Below are positions 27,041-40,634 of a DNA stretch of 64,000 nt, piece by piece. Position numbers and translations under genes: made by a program. Every line of letters begins with the position of its first letter. The stretch's first letter is position 1. The DNA comes from Cenococcum geophilum (lineage: Eukaryota): the NCBI GenBank assembly GCA_050273025.1, contig CP158635.1, positions 23,746,001 to 23,810,000 of the forward strand, in the 5' to 3' direction. The notes under the pieces are model-generated. The model ran no database searches. It was not told where the DNA came from and saw nothing but the letters and a program-made list of their open reading frames with translations.

Positions 27041-28110
27041 TCAGCCATCATACGCAATTTCGGAATCTCCTGCAGATAGCGGCCTTGGCCGATAGTCGAG
27101 TACGTTCCTTCTCACTTCCTCTGCCAATTTTCTGTGATCATTAACATCCCACGTGTGCGGTAGGGTGAGCCCTATCGTAGTAGCATTATAGCCACCCATG
27201 ATCAAGCAAGTTGTACGCTGGGATTGCAGCTTATGTTGCCGGAAAAATGATATAAGAGAGCGTAATACTCCAGTCGGGTCAGGCCACATTTCAGGAAATT
27301 TGCTGTAATTGAGATATTCGTGCGCTCTCATGTACAGATACTGTTCTTGATTGGAACAATGATCTGGGAGAACGAGAGTGAGGTGGAGTTCTTGAAGGCC
27401 AGTAAACAATGACACATATTTCGGAGTAAGAACGTCTATCCATCGGGAGCAGCCGTTAAATTGGGTGATGTGCAAGTCTAGATGCATTTTGCGGATAAAT
27501 TGACGATGTAGCTTCATGGATAGCGCAAATTTCTCGAAAGTGAGTACTGGGTCGTGGCTCCTTGCATGGCCTTCTGAAATCGAGAAGATATTGCTACTGT
27601 AAAGAATAGGTAGCGACTCATGGTATGTTTGCTTGCTAACGTGAAGTAGATCTAGACACAGATGGCGTACGTGATGCATGCAATAGTCATGTCGGGAGAT
27701 CTGACCATACAATTCAACTTCTACGAATTCGAACCGGTTGGTCAAAGATGCACCTCCCTTGCTAAGGCAGTACGCGTCTTCTAATGACATTTTGACCCAA
27801 CAAACAAAGTGTGTGAGGCTCGGCTGATCACTATAGGGGTCAATGACTCTAATATGTATGGTATGCCCACCAAGTACAAGCTCCCAAATCTGGTCTCTGA
27901 GCTCGCGTGGGAGGGTAATTCCGAATTGCGCAGTGTGCTTGGTAGATCAGCTGATTTGAAAGGTTTAGTTTAATGACTTGCTCACATGTCATTTAATCTA
28001 TTCGTATCTACATCGCTTACTGACTCGCCATACTCGAGTTGAGCCGTCTGCAGTTTCTTCTGGGGATGTTCCGTATCCTGCACGGGATTGGGGCGTTTCA
28101 TTGGCGGCAT
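27041..28110 (-). CDS. DUF7730-like protein with N-terminal F-box-like motif; possibly frameshifted
   Basis: The frame upstream of ORF 27041-27790 reads LPRELRDQIWELVLGG; body has LLHVSKQTYHESLPILYSSNIFS. Probable exon 1 MPPMKRP... from 28110 and a GTGAGC...AAG intron (~27985-27939). Confidence 0.65.
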
Positions 28111-28527
28111 CTCTGGGGACCACTTTTGAAGCTTTAAGATACGTGTAGAAGACTTCACGTGGCCAGATTCTAGGTAGCTAATGAATTTAGAAGGATGCGG
28201 ACAATTCACCGAGGTCAGAGCGAGGTACTTTGAAGCCGCTAATGTAAAGATGTTGGTCCGTAGGCTATCAGGGGGCTAACAAAAGCCTACACCTAGTAAA
28301 TATTATGGGCTTTCGAAGCTAAATAGAGCAGTTGTCGTTTTTTATGCGACCTTTGAGATTAGATGTGAAGAGCCGCTCAGCCCTACTAAGGCCAACCGCG
28401 CCAAGCTGAGGCGCTAGCGAGTCAGGCTTCAAGTTGCATCCAGTTCACGGCTCTCATCACTAAGACCCCTATCATCACGAATACAGCTCTAAATATAAAT
28501 ATCTCCTTCCTGCTGTAAATCCTCAAA

Positions 28528-29745
28528 ATGCCTCCAAAACGCATGACCGCAAATCCTCTCAAACCCGCGCGCCATCGTCCCGGAAAACCACTTGCAGAAG
28601 AAGCCCCCGAATCTTCAGAAGACTCTTCAGAAGAAGAAGAGGAGGCGCCTTCGAAACCTGCCCCCCCGAAAGCATCTTCCTTCCCTAAAGCTGCACATCA
28701 AGCCATCGACCTAGCCTCCCGCCGCCGCGATGTCGCTGCGCAGCAAGCAGCTGAAGCCCTCGCAAGGCAGAAACTAGAAGCAGAATTTGAGACAGAGAGC
28801 GAGGAAAGTTCTTCAGAAGAGGGCAGCGAAAGTGGCAACGGAGAGAAATCTTCGGAAGAGGAAGAGGAAAGCAGCTCTGAAGAAGAGGCCCCGCGCCGGA
28901 AACTTCTGCGCCCTGTTTTCTTGAAAAAGAACCAACGGCCCAGCGCCGCCTCCGCGGACCAGAAGTCTCAAGAGGATGTACAAGCGGAAGAAGAAGCACG
29001 CCGGCGCGCTGCGGCCGATGCACTAGTCCAAGAACAACTGGAGCTTGCAGCAGCAGCTAAAGCAGCAGGTAAGAAAAACTGGGACGATGAAGACAACATC
29101 GGCGATGCAGATGCAATTGACGATACCGACGACATCGATCCCGAAGCCGAGCATGCTGCTTGGAAACTCCGCGAACTGATGCGCATAAGGCGAGAGCGCG
29201 CCGCCATCGAAGCCACTGAAGCCGAGCGCGCAGAAATTGAACGCCGGCGTAATCTCACCGCTGCAGAAATGGAGGCAGAGGACCGCGAATTCCTCGAAAA
29301 GCAAAAGGAAGAGCGTGGCGATAAGGGTAATATGGCTTATATGCAGAAATACTTTCATAAAGGTGCATTTTTCCAAGAAGATTTGAAGGAGCAAGGACTT
29401 GATCGGAGAGACATCATGGGATCACGCTTCGCAGACGACGTCACAAATAGGGAACTACTACCGGAGTATATGCAAATTAGGGATATGTCGCGGCTAGGAA
29501 AGAAGGGGCGCACAAAGTATAAAGACCTAAAGAGTGAGGACACAGGGCGCTGGGGTGATTTTGGAGATAGGAGAGGTCCAAGGGGCGATGGTTACCCGAG
29601 AGATGTAGATGAAAGGTTTAGGCCAGATAGGCCAGGAGGAATAGAGGGAGCGACAGGTGCGAATGCTGGACCTTTAGGGGAAAGGAAGAGGGCTGGGGAT
29701 GAGGGGGGAAGAGAAGGGAAAAGGGCTAGAGTTGATGAACATTAA
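28528..29745 (+). CDS. MFAP1: MFAP1/Saf3-family spliceosomal B-complex protein
   Basis: 405-aa ORF with acidic N-terminus, DDTDDIDPEAEHAAWKLRELMRIRRER, YMQKYFHKGAFFQ and GKKGRTKYKDL motifs. Confidence 0.93.
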   Translation: MPPKRMTANPLKPARHRPGKPLAEEAPESSEDSSEEEEEAPSKPAPPKASSFPKAAHQAIDLASRRRDVAAQQAAEALARQKLEAEFETESEESSSEEGSESGNGEKSSEEEEESSSEEEAPRRKLLRPVFLKKNQRPSAASADQKSQEDVQAEEEARRRAAADALVQEQLELAAAAKAAGKKNWDDEDNIGDADAIDDTDDIDPEAEHAAWKLRELMRIRRERAAIEATEAERAEIERRRNLTAAEMEAEDREFLEKQKEERGDKGNMAYMQKYFHKGAFFQEDLKEQGLDRRDIMGSRFADDVTNRELLPEYMQIRDMSRLGKKGRTKYKDLKSEDTGRWGDFGDRRGPRGDGYPRDVDERFRPDRPGGIEGATGANAGPLGERKRAGDEGGREGKRARVDEH

Positions 29746-30113
29746 TGAGCCTGAGGCACGAACACACATATTGAACATTTAGCATGGCGTATCGGGATAT
29801 TTATGGAGCATTACAAGGCGTTAAGGGATGAAAAGCGCTTCGAGTGCTTGCCTGAGGTCAACCCCGCACATAATAGGTTGGAATGTATATTTATTGTAAG
29901 CGGGCCATCACTTAGTGAGAATCTTGGGCTCGAATTTGTTAAGTCTTTGGATGTTAATTGGAGATATTGGTTGAAATGTAGGAAACCTAAGCGGAATTTC
30001 GTTGCAAGATGACGCCCCGTCTCTAGTAGTCTCAAAGATGAAATAACGACTTGCCATGCATGATTATTGCACTCTAAGGCCTTTAAATTTTGCACTGATA
30101 AGACCAGAGGTTA

Positions 30114-32344
30114 TCCCTTAGCACGGTAACTCGCGTCCTACTGGTATCGATAAGAACTGGCCAATCAGAGGAGCTGAATTTAGTACCTGTACTCAGAAAT
30201 TCGAAGCTTTTAATATTGGCTAAGTGCTATAGTATTTTGATATATACGCTTATTCTTTGGAGTCAAGTCGCTTAATATGAGATAGCTAGCATTCGTCCTT
30301 CTTGCAGAACGGTATCTTACAAATACTACAGCCAAATAGAGTCCTTGGAGCACGCTCCGGTCTCTTCCATTGTTCACTATCGCGAGGCTTCCTTGTCGTA
30401 TTTGGTGATAGCTCTCCTAAGGATTTCCTAGCTCCTATATGCTCCACCTGAGTCTTCTTGCCAGCCTCAATACAAGCTGAGCAGTATTGCTGCTTTGTAG
30501 AAACCTTCTCCAGCTTATGCAGCGCCGAAGGCACCCATATAATTTGACTTGTAGAACGTCGAGGAGGCTGCTCTAGTGTAGGTGCCTTTTGTTTACGAAC
30601 TGACCGTTCAAATAAGGCGTTACGGAGGTCCTTTCGAAATTGCTTGTGACCATCGTGACGGCTTGCTCGACGGTCAGTAGGAGTGTAGGAGGACAGTAGA
30701 AAGTAGTTGCCAAGCACTATATCAAGTAGGAAGTAGAGAAGAGGCTTCTAGGTACGCATATGCGTCCTCTACGTATTAAAGTACGAGCGCAATTAATCAG
30801 CAATATCCACACCGCCCATGTAGTAATTGTAGTAAAAAATGAAGGTAGGAATAGGCAATTCCTTCTCAGCTTCATCGCCAAAGGCCTTCCGAGTCTATCT
30901 GGCACCGCTAGCAGTAAGGGGAGGACGTTTCCGCTTTGTTTTAATTGTGTGGCGACCTAGCAATGTATAACATTATTAGCTTTTAAGCCTCAAGTTAGGA
31001 TAAGAAAACTCACTATCGTTAACAGTACTCATAAAAAGCACAATATTGGCATCCTTCCACGCAAATTCCATCACCTGCCCGTCCTTAGAAACCTCTCCAT
31101 ACAATTTACCCTATGGAATTTAAGCTGCGTGGGTTAATTTAAGCTCTGCAAGCCTCTGGTTAATCTACTTAGTAGGTACCTTTTTCTTTTTCTTTCCTGC
31201 TATAGTAAAAGCCTCCTTAATATCGCCTTCAAGGTTCCCCTATTCCTCACGCTTTGTTTTAGTTATTTAAACGGTTCCTACGCCTCCAATACTAAGGCCT
31301 CATAGTCGTGTAAGAAGCTTAACACTTATAAATAGATTATCAAGCCAAACAACGTGTTTATGTGGTGGATAGAGGCGCTGCCCGTTATCGTCTTCCTAAG
31401 TGAGTAAATTAAGCACTACTGCCTATGTCTTTGAAAAGCCTTTATCTTCGGTAAAGCTTATATTTAGATCAACCGGGCCTTTCTTCTCGCCTTTAGCATG
31501 CCATAGCCAGTCCAATATATAGCCCTCATTCGCCAGCACCCATATTTTGAAGCCTTGTGGTGTCGGTTTAGATAGAATATTAATAACTTCAGGAGCACGG
31601 CCCATAAAGCGTTGAATTGTCTTATTAACAGCAAGGTGAGTTCCAGGTATATAGAGCATCCTACAAGTAAGCCGGATATGCTCAGCAAGCTTATTAACTC
31701 TATCAAATGTAGTTCTAGGCGTTTTATCAGATTTTAGCCAGGGTGGTGAGGCTCAAAAGTGTTAATCAAGTTACTAAAATCTAACAATTCCCATGTACTA
31801 TTTAACAATATACTCAGTTCCATATGCTTTTAAATTACTCCAGTAATCCTTAATGCTTAATTCTATGGTAATGCCCATATGAATTAGTATAGCAAAGTAC
31901 GCGTAAAGTTCCTGCTTGTATATAGGCTGCTAAGCACGCGGGTGCTCCTTCTCCTGATCTGGTGGATAGAGCTCTGCGTGCTCGTTCGTCTAAGCTACAA
32001 GCTCATCCATGATCTCATCTGTAAAGAAGAGACTAAATATCTTAAAAGGATCGTGAGTATCGACGCTAGGGGGGAGGTTTGGTGAGCCATGGTTGTCCCA
32101 ATCGTCGATGCGGAGAGGTTCAAATTCGGGCAATGGCCAAGGCTTAGGGCATGGTTTTTTAGCCTCCCTATAGGGCGGAACATGATACTAAGTAGGCTGA
32201 ACAATATCTGCGTCAATTCTGGCGCGATTAGAAGGCATTGTGGTAGGTAATTAATTGCTTGAATCTATATAACTATACGCGTTGTTTTAATACTGGTGTT
32301 CGCGCACGGGCCACTTGCTCGTAGGACGCTACCGTGCTAAGGGA
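30114..32344 (-). mobile_element. piggyBac-like DNA transposon, lightly RIP-mutated, transposase disrupted (~30250-32238)
   Basis: TIRs TCCCTTAGCACGGTA at both ends with TA outside each. Transposase fragments PGTHLAVNKTIQRFMGR...KPTPQGFKIWVLANEGYI, a C-terminal Cys-rich domain YCSAC...CSICKIPFC, and ATG (MPSNR) at 32238. Confidence 0.9.
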
Positions 32345-32470
32345 TAGTGAACCCAAGATAATATTCTAGACCAATAAATAGAGTATTGTCTTCGGTAGTG
32401 TACATATGTATTCCTATATAACGCACTGATCCTGACACGCTGCATCATATTCCCGTAATCCACTCTGTCC

Positions 32471-34597
32471 CTAAGGCCCTTCAACATTCCTCTTGCCATC
32501 TGCAATCTCTTTCTGCCATTCCGGGTTAAGAGGGTGCTTTGGGTCATAACCAACGCTCTTTACGATCCCCAACCCTTTCGTCCTACCCTCACGGAATAGT
32601 ATTCGATCTCCAACTGTCAGATACTCTGGCCTCTGCATGAATCTGAACGCCACTAATGCTCTATCTCCTGTCCGGATATACGAGCGGTCGATGTCAATGA
32701 TGGCACACGTTTGAGAAACGGGCCCCACGTGAAGCATAGCCTGGTATTTTGTTTTGATGGTGGTTGCGTGAGAAAGGATGAGGACTTCAGCGATGAATTC
32801 ACGGTACACTTTTGGTTGCGTATTGTTATCAGGTTTGTGGAGGACTACCATACCTTTCCTCACATCTTTCCGTCGCACATTGCGCAATGCAAGAGAAGCA
32901 GACTGACCAGCGGAGCAACCAGGAGCTTGAATTCGTTTGCGTTCAATAGAGCGAACCTTCGTCGTTGTAAATTGGCCAATAGAGTCAGGTCCGATCAAAA
33001 TGGTGTCTCCCGTATGGACAACTCCACTTTTAACGACACCGGAAACCACCGTCCCCACGAAGGGAACAGAGAATGTGTCGTTTACGTGGAATTCGAACGC
33101 TGCATCCGCATTGTAATTCCCGTGGTGCGGAAGGATGTTAAGGAACGTGCGGACAAGATCAAGATTGTCACCTGTCACATTAGAAACTTGGAATATAGGG
33201 CATATTCGACGAGAGATAAATTGGGTCTGCGTGCCATAATGTTAGTGTAATCCGCTAAGAAATGGTATCGTAAATAAGGACTTACTGCCGTGTTAATGCA
33301 CTCTTCGCGATTCTTGATGAATATCGGGATTTTCCTGGCCCCTGGAGATTTCAGGATTTTGGTCAACTGAGTGATGGTCTGCTCGAGAATTTGAGGCGGG
33401 CAGATGTCAATTTTAGTGATGACTACCATGACTGGAACATTGAGCGCTAGCGCAATTCCAAGATGTTCTCTAGACCTAGGTTAGCTGCTATTCCTCTATG
33501 GTCGGGTGATGAAAACAAACTTGCTCATGCCAATTAGGCCATTATTAGCAGCCACCATAAGCAAGCAGTAATTTGGCTCACTGCTTAGCAAGCCAAATAC
33601 GGTGGTTCGTAGATACCTCTCGTGACCTGCCAGATCAGTGAAGCTAATTACTTTAGCCTTATCATGATTAGCTGAAGCATTCCTGAGTTGACGATGACAT
33701 TTCAGCTCACAGATCGTCTTCCGATTTCCTCCCAAGTCAATTTCCTCCCGGCTACGTTTGAAGAAACGACTTCCCCCCTGCTGTCAAATCCCATAATCTC
33801 CATGCCAACAGAGCTAGTCCGTCCGCTCTCAATCTCGTGCTTGTGACGGAAGAGATTTACACGAGCTTTACCTCGTCCATCATCAAGTCCTCCTTTCACA
33901 AGAACACCTAACATTGTACTTTTCCCGGCGTCAACTGCGATAAGTTAGCGTACGTCTTTGCCCGACAGTCTCAAATTGATTTTACCATTTCCGACTACCG
34001 CTATTCGAGTCTCAATGACGTCGTCAACCGTCTCCGGTTTCCGTCTAATAATGAGCTTCCCACATGCGCCTTTATCTTTTGGATTAGCCGGTCCCACCTC
34101 TACCTCCCCACCAACATTTCGTGTCATAAGGACTCTGCAATCAGCATTAACTCCACAGGCAGCCTGCTCAAGCCGGGAAAGAGCATTGTCCCATTCTTCT
34201 TTCGAGAAATTCATAGAGTCTCCACTCTCCTCAAGGCCTAAATCGAAGAGAACCTCCCCATACCCCTCAGCCAGGCGTCCTTGCAGGTATTCCGTCAGAG
34301 TCTTTACGTTCTCTTCGGCGGGATTGAGGAGGAGGGCTTTTAAAGGGACATGGCTCGATTCGTCAGCAAGACCAAGCTTGTCAATGATGTCGAGCTCATC
34401 GTGGTCCTCGAGGGCAGCCTGAGCTTGTCCTGGAGGACGTCTGAGTGCCTGTTGCTTCTGGACATAATCGGCGAAGTCGCTGAGGGCCTGAAGCGATGAT
34501 ACTAATCAGCACATATTATATTATATCGAGAATTGCTTATTACAGATTCACCCTTCCGCCGCTCCATTTGTGTTTGTTTTATAGGTCTCGAAGTCAT
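32471..34597 (-). CDS. GTPBP1: GTP-binding protein GTPBP1/2-like translational GTPase (multi-exon)
   Basis: RIAVVGN/VDAGKST split by an intron, [40 protein letters not shown]-Tu-like domains II/III ending [10 protein letters not shown]. Probable ATG at 34597. Confidence 0.92.
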
Positions 34598-35032
34598 GAT
34601 GTCGTCCTGTGTGCAGTTAGGTTGCTAGTGTTTTCCGTAACGCTGTTCGGCAACAGTTTCGTATTGTGTTGAAGTTGAATATTCGTGCGGAGTAAATGCC
34701 GTCCATGAGATTATTCTGAGCTTTCATTGAGGCTTGAGATGTTAGGGATGGTTGTGGAGAGCTCTATGAAAAAGTAGCTGGAGGTGATGCTGGCCTTTTA
34801 TCGATAGCGGACGAGTCAGTCATGCCAGACTCTCGCATGACGCATTGACCGGAACACCAAATATGTAGTCTGATTGCTTGACTCACAGCTCTAAGCCACA
34901 AAGCATCGTGAGTCTTTATCAGAGATGGAATCACTTGCTTATCGATAATATTGAGTTTCCTTCTTAGCGGAATCGCCTGGTTTTGTTCCTATTCGTCTCC
35001 TAGGACCTTTCCGCTGGCCACCGAAAATATTA

Positions 35033-35182
35033 TCCCTTCCGCTGGTAGGGCTCCACGAAAGTTGGACCGTGCGCGGACACCAGAATCAAAAGTACGCGTA
35101 TGGTCACGGAGCCTTGATCCTATTGATTCTATTGGCTGACTCTTATCGATAACCGTAGGACCCATTTTACCAGCGGAAGGGA
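35033..35182 (+). mobile_element. 150-bp MITE of the piggyBac-like family
   Basis: TIR TCCCTTCCGCTGGTA / TACCAGCGGAAGGGA with TA on both sides; internal sequence shared with 40635-40785. Confidence 0.85.
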
Positions 35183-37430
35183 TAAGGGCTGAAATTTAGT
35201 AAAGGGCGGAGGCTCTAGCAGGCGTATCGCGATATGATCGTAGCGGATATTCGTACAGACTATAGAATTTATGATCAATGAAAGCAGTACCAACTTCAGT
35301 CAACTAAGGTGTTAAGCGACGTAACGGGTGCATGCTGGCCTTCCTAGGTATACTGTAGTAAGAAAAACTAATGTCTGAGCAGAGTAGAGCAAGCCCAATA
35401 CTTCAGTTTGGCCAAGGAAAACCCAGCCAATTCCGAATATCGACGCCAAGACCGGAACCCTGCTTCAAACAGTAACTATTAAATGAAGTTATCATGTTCA
35501 GAGCCTCTCGCTATATTTAAGTCCCACCCTAATAACACATGTAGCTCATTCTCAAATTTGATGTAGCTAGGCTCTAGCACCGACTAAAATTCAAAGGCGG
35601 TCACACTCGCATTTGTGGAAAGAATTGAAAGTGAGAATATCAGGACTGCTAAGTCTATTATCTAAATTATTCTCGAATCTAGTTTATATTAATGTCAACG
35701 GCCTAATATCCAATGGCGAACCTTGTCTTGTATGCCGGCCTAGCATATTTTGCTGCATCATGAAGATCCTATCAAGCCTAGTAATCCTTTCCAATGCTCT
35801 GAGACTGGGGACTTCACCGCCCTTAGATGCAACCATCGGCACAACGCCAGAACATTCCAGGCTGCCTTCGATGTCGAGAGTTGGAGAGTGTCCTTGAATT
35901 TCGTTGTTGCAAACGAAGAGATATTAGATTAGAAAAGCAGACAGGCATCAATGATTGGTCCTTTTGTGGCGGAATACACAACGCAACAATCTCATTGTTT
36001 CATGCTTCACGGCGCAAATAGAGGAAAAGGGAGTCCAAAGGAATCCCATGATCCTCCGACAGAGAATAGGACCTTATGATGAGCTTGGCGAGGGGCCACC
36101 GCAGACGAAATCCTGCAAGAAGAGGCAATCCTAGGTTGCCAAGTTTTTGGTATACTTAAGGACAATCAGTGTAAGACGACACCCAACCTTCTATGCTCAT
36201 TCATATCTTCCAGGTCGTAGTAATACCTGGAAAGCCGGATGTTGCGCAGATTTTCAATCTTGTCGGAGCTGTCTTCCCCAAGCCCATCGCTCTTGGAATC
36301 GTCCCTGTCAGAATTGCCGCTATCGGAAATATTGTTAGAAATGTCGTTACGGCAAGGCTGTTCAAAAGAGTCCTGATCAACACACAGTTCGGTAGCATGG
36401 AACCCTTTTTCATGAAATTCTGCAAGTTTGACAAAGAAAATGATGTGGGAGGCTGGCTTCAAGCCGCTCAAGAAATTTCATTTTCTGATATTTCGGTTGC
36501 CCGGAGATCATACTAAGATTGGGTGCTAAGAGTATGTGCCATGAACTTGCAAGAGAGTGCGGGAGAAGCCGCGTCTGTTAGAGCGAGGAACGAACCAATA
36601 AGCTGCCATACCTCAGGAGGCAGTTTACAGAGAAAAGGTAGCTCTAAAGAGGATGGGGGTTTAACGGTGGTGCGGTTGGCATCCAGCGGCTGAGATATAG
36701 GCGATTGAGTTGCGTGGTTGAGAATGGGGTGCGTTGCGTGCTATCTTAGTCAATGATATACTGGCAAAGCGAACCTCTGATTGGGATGAATGCAGCCCTT
36801 CCAACTCCTGTCTGGTGATTGTATTATCCATAAATACTGCTCGTTCTTAGCACGGCATTTAACGTCTTCCAAGCAAACAGAAAAAATCTGTTCTATAAAA
36901 AATTCTGCACACACGACAGAGCCTCGTGATGTTCCCAACCCGTTCAGATCTCTCCTCCCTCCTCTGCAAAGCCGTCCCTCGCTCTCTCAACTAGCAACGG
37001 CATGTCTCGGGTACATCTTCTCCTTAAGCCCCAACGACAGCTGCGTGATCAACCTTCTAAGATAACGGCGGAACCATCTGTCCTTCCCAAATCGTCTATG
37101 CAGGGCAGAATGCGGATTGCTGCAATTTCAATTGCGTATCCGGATCCACATTGCAATTAGCAGAACAAGCTTTGGGAACAGCCAGTTTGAGTTTGACTAC
37201 ACCACATCGGGTGGTGTCTATAGCTGGTCCGGACTCTCAGAGGTTGGAGGGCCGCTATATGCGGAATATGGGCTGGTGGCTCGGAGGAGTTGAGGGAGTT
37301 AGTATATCACTGAGCGGAGCGCGCAGATTGCAAAGCAGAGCTATAAATTGATAGTCTACTTTGTTAGACTTATTTGTGTACTATGTATGCGTGAGCCTGG
37401 ATGAGAAATCGGCTGCGTATTGGATTCACA

Positions 37431-39114
37431 TTACACAGCAACACCTCTCTCGCCGCAGTACTTTGCAACCTCCTTCCTCAAAGATTCCTGCTGAGAACGC
37501 ACAGTCTCCATGATATCATTTGTGCCAGATATTGAGATGCAATGCGAAGACACATCAGTCATTTGGGAGAGCACGGCTTGAATCTGGTTTGGCAGCCACT
37601 GTAGAAGCATGATCAACGTGAAGTTCAGCCGAGGCAGTTTAAAAAATGGGCGTTTGCTCACTGTAACGATGGGGCTTCCTCCCGTAGCAGTTGGATATGA
37701 AGTACGTTTTAAAATGTATTCCCTTGTGAAGCACCAATGACGCCAGCGAAAATCACGGACTTGATCCAAAGCACGGAGATACAGCGCTGCTGAAAATCTA
37801 TCCTCCAGTGCATACTGCTTCAGTCCTGTTTTTCGTGCACAATCACGCACCTCCTCAAGAAACTCGCGATGATTGCCAGGCCGGTAGGAACGGAAGTCAT
37901 TAAGAATTTCTGTCAGTGGCGTCTTGGGCATCTCAATCTGAAGTAGATTGTCGCACAGCGGAATCTTTAATAACTTAGTTAATATAAAGCCTAGAATATT
38001 GCTAAGAGAAATACGCCAGCAAAAGGTAAAGGGCAATCTCATACCATGCTGTCATTTGCGCCGGACTCGCCTCGGAAGGACATGGGTTGGTCGCTTACAC
38101 CTTCGTAAATCACACCATTAGGGAACATCGTCTGACTTGTGATGCCAAAGATGAAAGTCCTAAAGTTAGTGTAGCTTGCAGGCTTACTCCTTGACCACAT
38201 GCCTGTGATAAAATGTCAGTCCTATGCGTAAAGGGATTAATGCAATGATGGAGTTCGTACTGTTCATGACGGTATTGACATTTTCAAGAGCTTCAACCAC
38301 ATCCTTCAAACCAGTATCGAAGGCGTCGCGATCGCAGGAAGCGCAGCCGTTAAGCATATCTACTGCGCCTTTGACCAGCGCCGCAGAATGTCGGACCATG
38401 GCAATATGCACAAGCACAAAGCCAGCCTCAGAGGATTCAGGATCTAATCCATGTTCAAAGGCGCGAATGAGGCGTAGGTTTGAGTACTCAAGTCCAAGGG
38501 CTGGATCGGATAGGCGATAGTTGAAAAGTGCATAAGACCCAGCGTATTCCATGAAGGGTTTGAAGCCAGCACTAATAAAGATCTCATGGTCAGTACGATG
38601 CACAGTAAGTCTTGGAAACAAAAGGTTGGAAGTGTTGAGATGTCCTCTCCTTGGTAAACATGGCTTACATTTCTGCTACCCTTACAATAGGCAAGGCGAT
38701 AGTGCTTGGTAAACTCTGCCTGCCAAGGCCATAGCTTTCCCCTTTCATAAAACGTTCATGGCATGGTTCAAGGAGATATGCTGAGGCGAGAAAGGAGTAG
38801 TCCCTATATAGAGCGTTCATTAAAGGAAGGTCATGGTGATATTTGTCAATGGCTGGAGTTAAGTCTGGAAACTCTTTGAGGACAGTCTCTCCAAGAGAAC
38901 AGGTAGCGAGTAATCCGGGGGTCCCTGCAGCAGTCTTGATGGGCATGCGAGAGAGGATTGACTCTAGACGATTGAATTCGGTAGGGAGACTGACGACGGG
39001 ATCTTGCCGAGGAAGAAACCCCCTCGTAGTAGACACCATAAAAGCAGGAAGTGCATGGTCATTAGGATTAGTGTCCGCAAGGATGTTGAACTTGAGAGGA
39101 GCTGATGGAGACAT
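37431..39114 (-). CDS. Indoleamine 2,3-dioxygenase, probably IDO-gamma type (multi-exon)
   Basis: LPAFMVSTTRGFLPRQDP, YRDYSFLASAYLLEPC, FMEYAGSYALFNY, SEAGFVLVHIAM, FRGESGANDS, FRWRHWCFTREYILK and ATGGSPIVT/WLPNQ across GT-AG introns; ATG at 39114. Confidence 0.92.
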
Positions 39115-40404
39115 AGCTGTGATGGAAAAGCTGTAGGATGTTGGACTGACAAAAGTTATCCAAATTAACCGCGTGATTTCTTGAGTTAGTGTTATGTTGA
39201 GAATAGTAGGTAGATGAAATCTGCTTATATCGTGAGGCCGGATTCGTTCCGGCCTCAAGATAGCAACAATTCCGGCCTCACCCTCCACGAGGGATACAAT
39301 GTCCAGATCCAGTACGTAATAGCGAGACCATCCTTAAGCTCATGACCAACGTTACCCATCGCCAGAGGAGACTTGTAGTAACAGTTACCCACAATGAACC
39401 TCTCCTGAAGCTGGTACTGGTTGTTTTATCCTCTTTGGACCTCTCGTAATGGGAACGACTTGGTCACACTCCCACCATTCTCATCCCTTCAGCCTTTGGT
39501 AGCATAGATGCGGAGTAGAGGATTTGGATCTGGCGATACCGCACTTCGAAATACCTTGGGGTTGATGCCCTGTTGGCATTGTCGAAGCTATCTCTTTTGA
39601 AGCCGTCGTTATCGCAGGACCCACAAAAATGCCAAGGATGCCACCCCGACATTCTGGTCTGTTAGGGCTCGATTCATCGCCGGCATAAGTACGTGTAACA
39701 ACGCGGGAGAGTCGGTAGTATTGTGCCGATCTACTGCCCCAGGGACACTGTCAATTGTAGTGAAGGGTGAGAACTGGAAGGAGAGTTCATGCATCATGTC
39801 GGTTCTCCTTGCACTAGTCCTAATCCGGAATACATATATCTCCGAGGCCTGTCCAAATTCGATAGATATAATCCGATAGCTAATACATTCATTGCTAAAT
39901 GTTACGTGGGTTGGCCATGATAATGAATATGTGGGGAGGGTGAGAATATGATCATCATCCTGTCATCTCCCAACTTGGTCATATGTTTTGACCTTTAGAT
40001 TGCCCAATACGACTGGCATCTTCTATTTATCGCTCAAAATCTGTCATGAAACTAGGCCGGACTTCTATGTTTATTTCTTGAAAAGGTAACTTTTTGCCCT
40101 TGGAGGAAATAGACCGCTGCGCCTCAATGCCTCAGCCCCGCGGTGGCCGGATATGATGGGATCCTTACCCTCGTTTGAGGGCTTGTTTGGTAACTTTTTT
40201 TGGCAAGTGGGTGGTCTTGGCAGCCAAAAGTCGAGCCCCTATCTGGAATATGCTCAATCTCACCAGTACCTCTACTTCTGCGAGAGGGGGGTTACTGTTC
40301 AACTGCCTGTCCGGCCAGGTCGATCGACTTGACGTATCAATAATTTTCAACCAAGTATCGCCATCACGTGGCCTCTGAATATAAAGCCCTAAATATCAAT
40401 AGTA

Positions 40405-40589
40405 CACCACCCTGGCGCATCCGGTTGAAAGCGCGTGTTAATTTTGGTAATCAAACGGCAGAGTTTATACCTTTTTGAAGTAATACGCACGGCCGTTTTA
40501 CCGTTTTTTTACCTTTTTTTAGGTATAAATATACGCATTTTGATTAGCGTGATCAACACGCGCTTTCAACCGGATGCGCCAAGGTGTAG
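40405..40589. mobile_element. 185-bp MITE, Tc1/mariner-type
   Basis: TIR core TGGCGCATCCGGTTGAAAGCGCGTGTT matches in inverted orientation; TA on both sides. Confidence 0.85.
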
Positions 40590-40634
40590 TATCCATAAGC
40601 CTTCTAGCGTTCCTAGCGTTAATCCAGATGCTTA

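Noticed and set aside
35690..36545. Short ORF pieces on both strands that might form a decayed gene
   Set aside because: Several stops and frame changes and no motif I can name; strand is uncertain.
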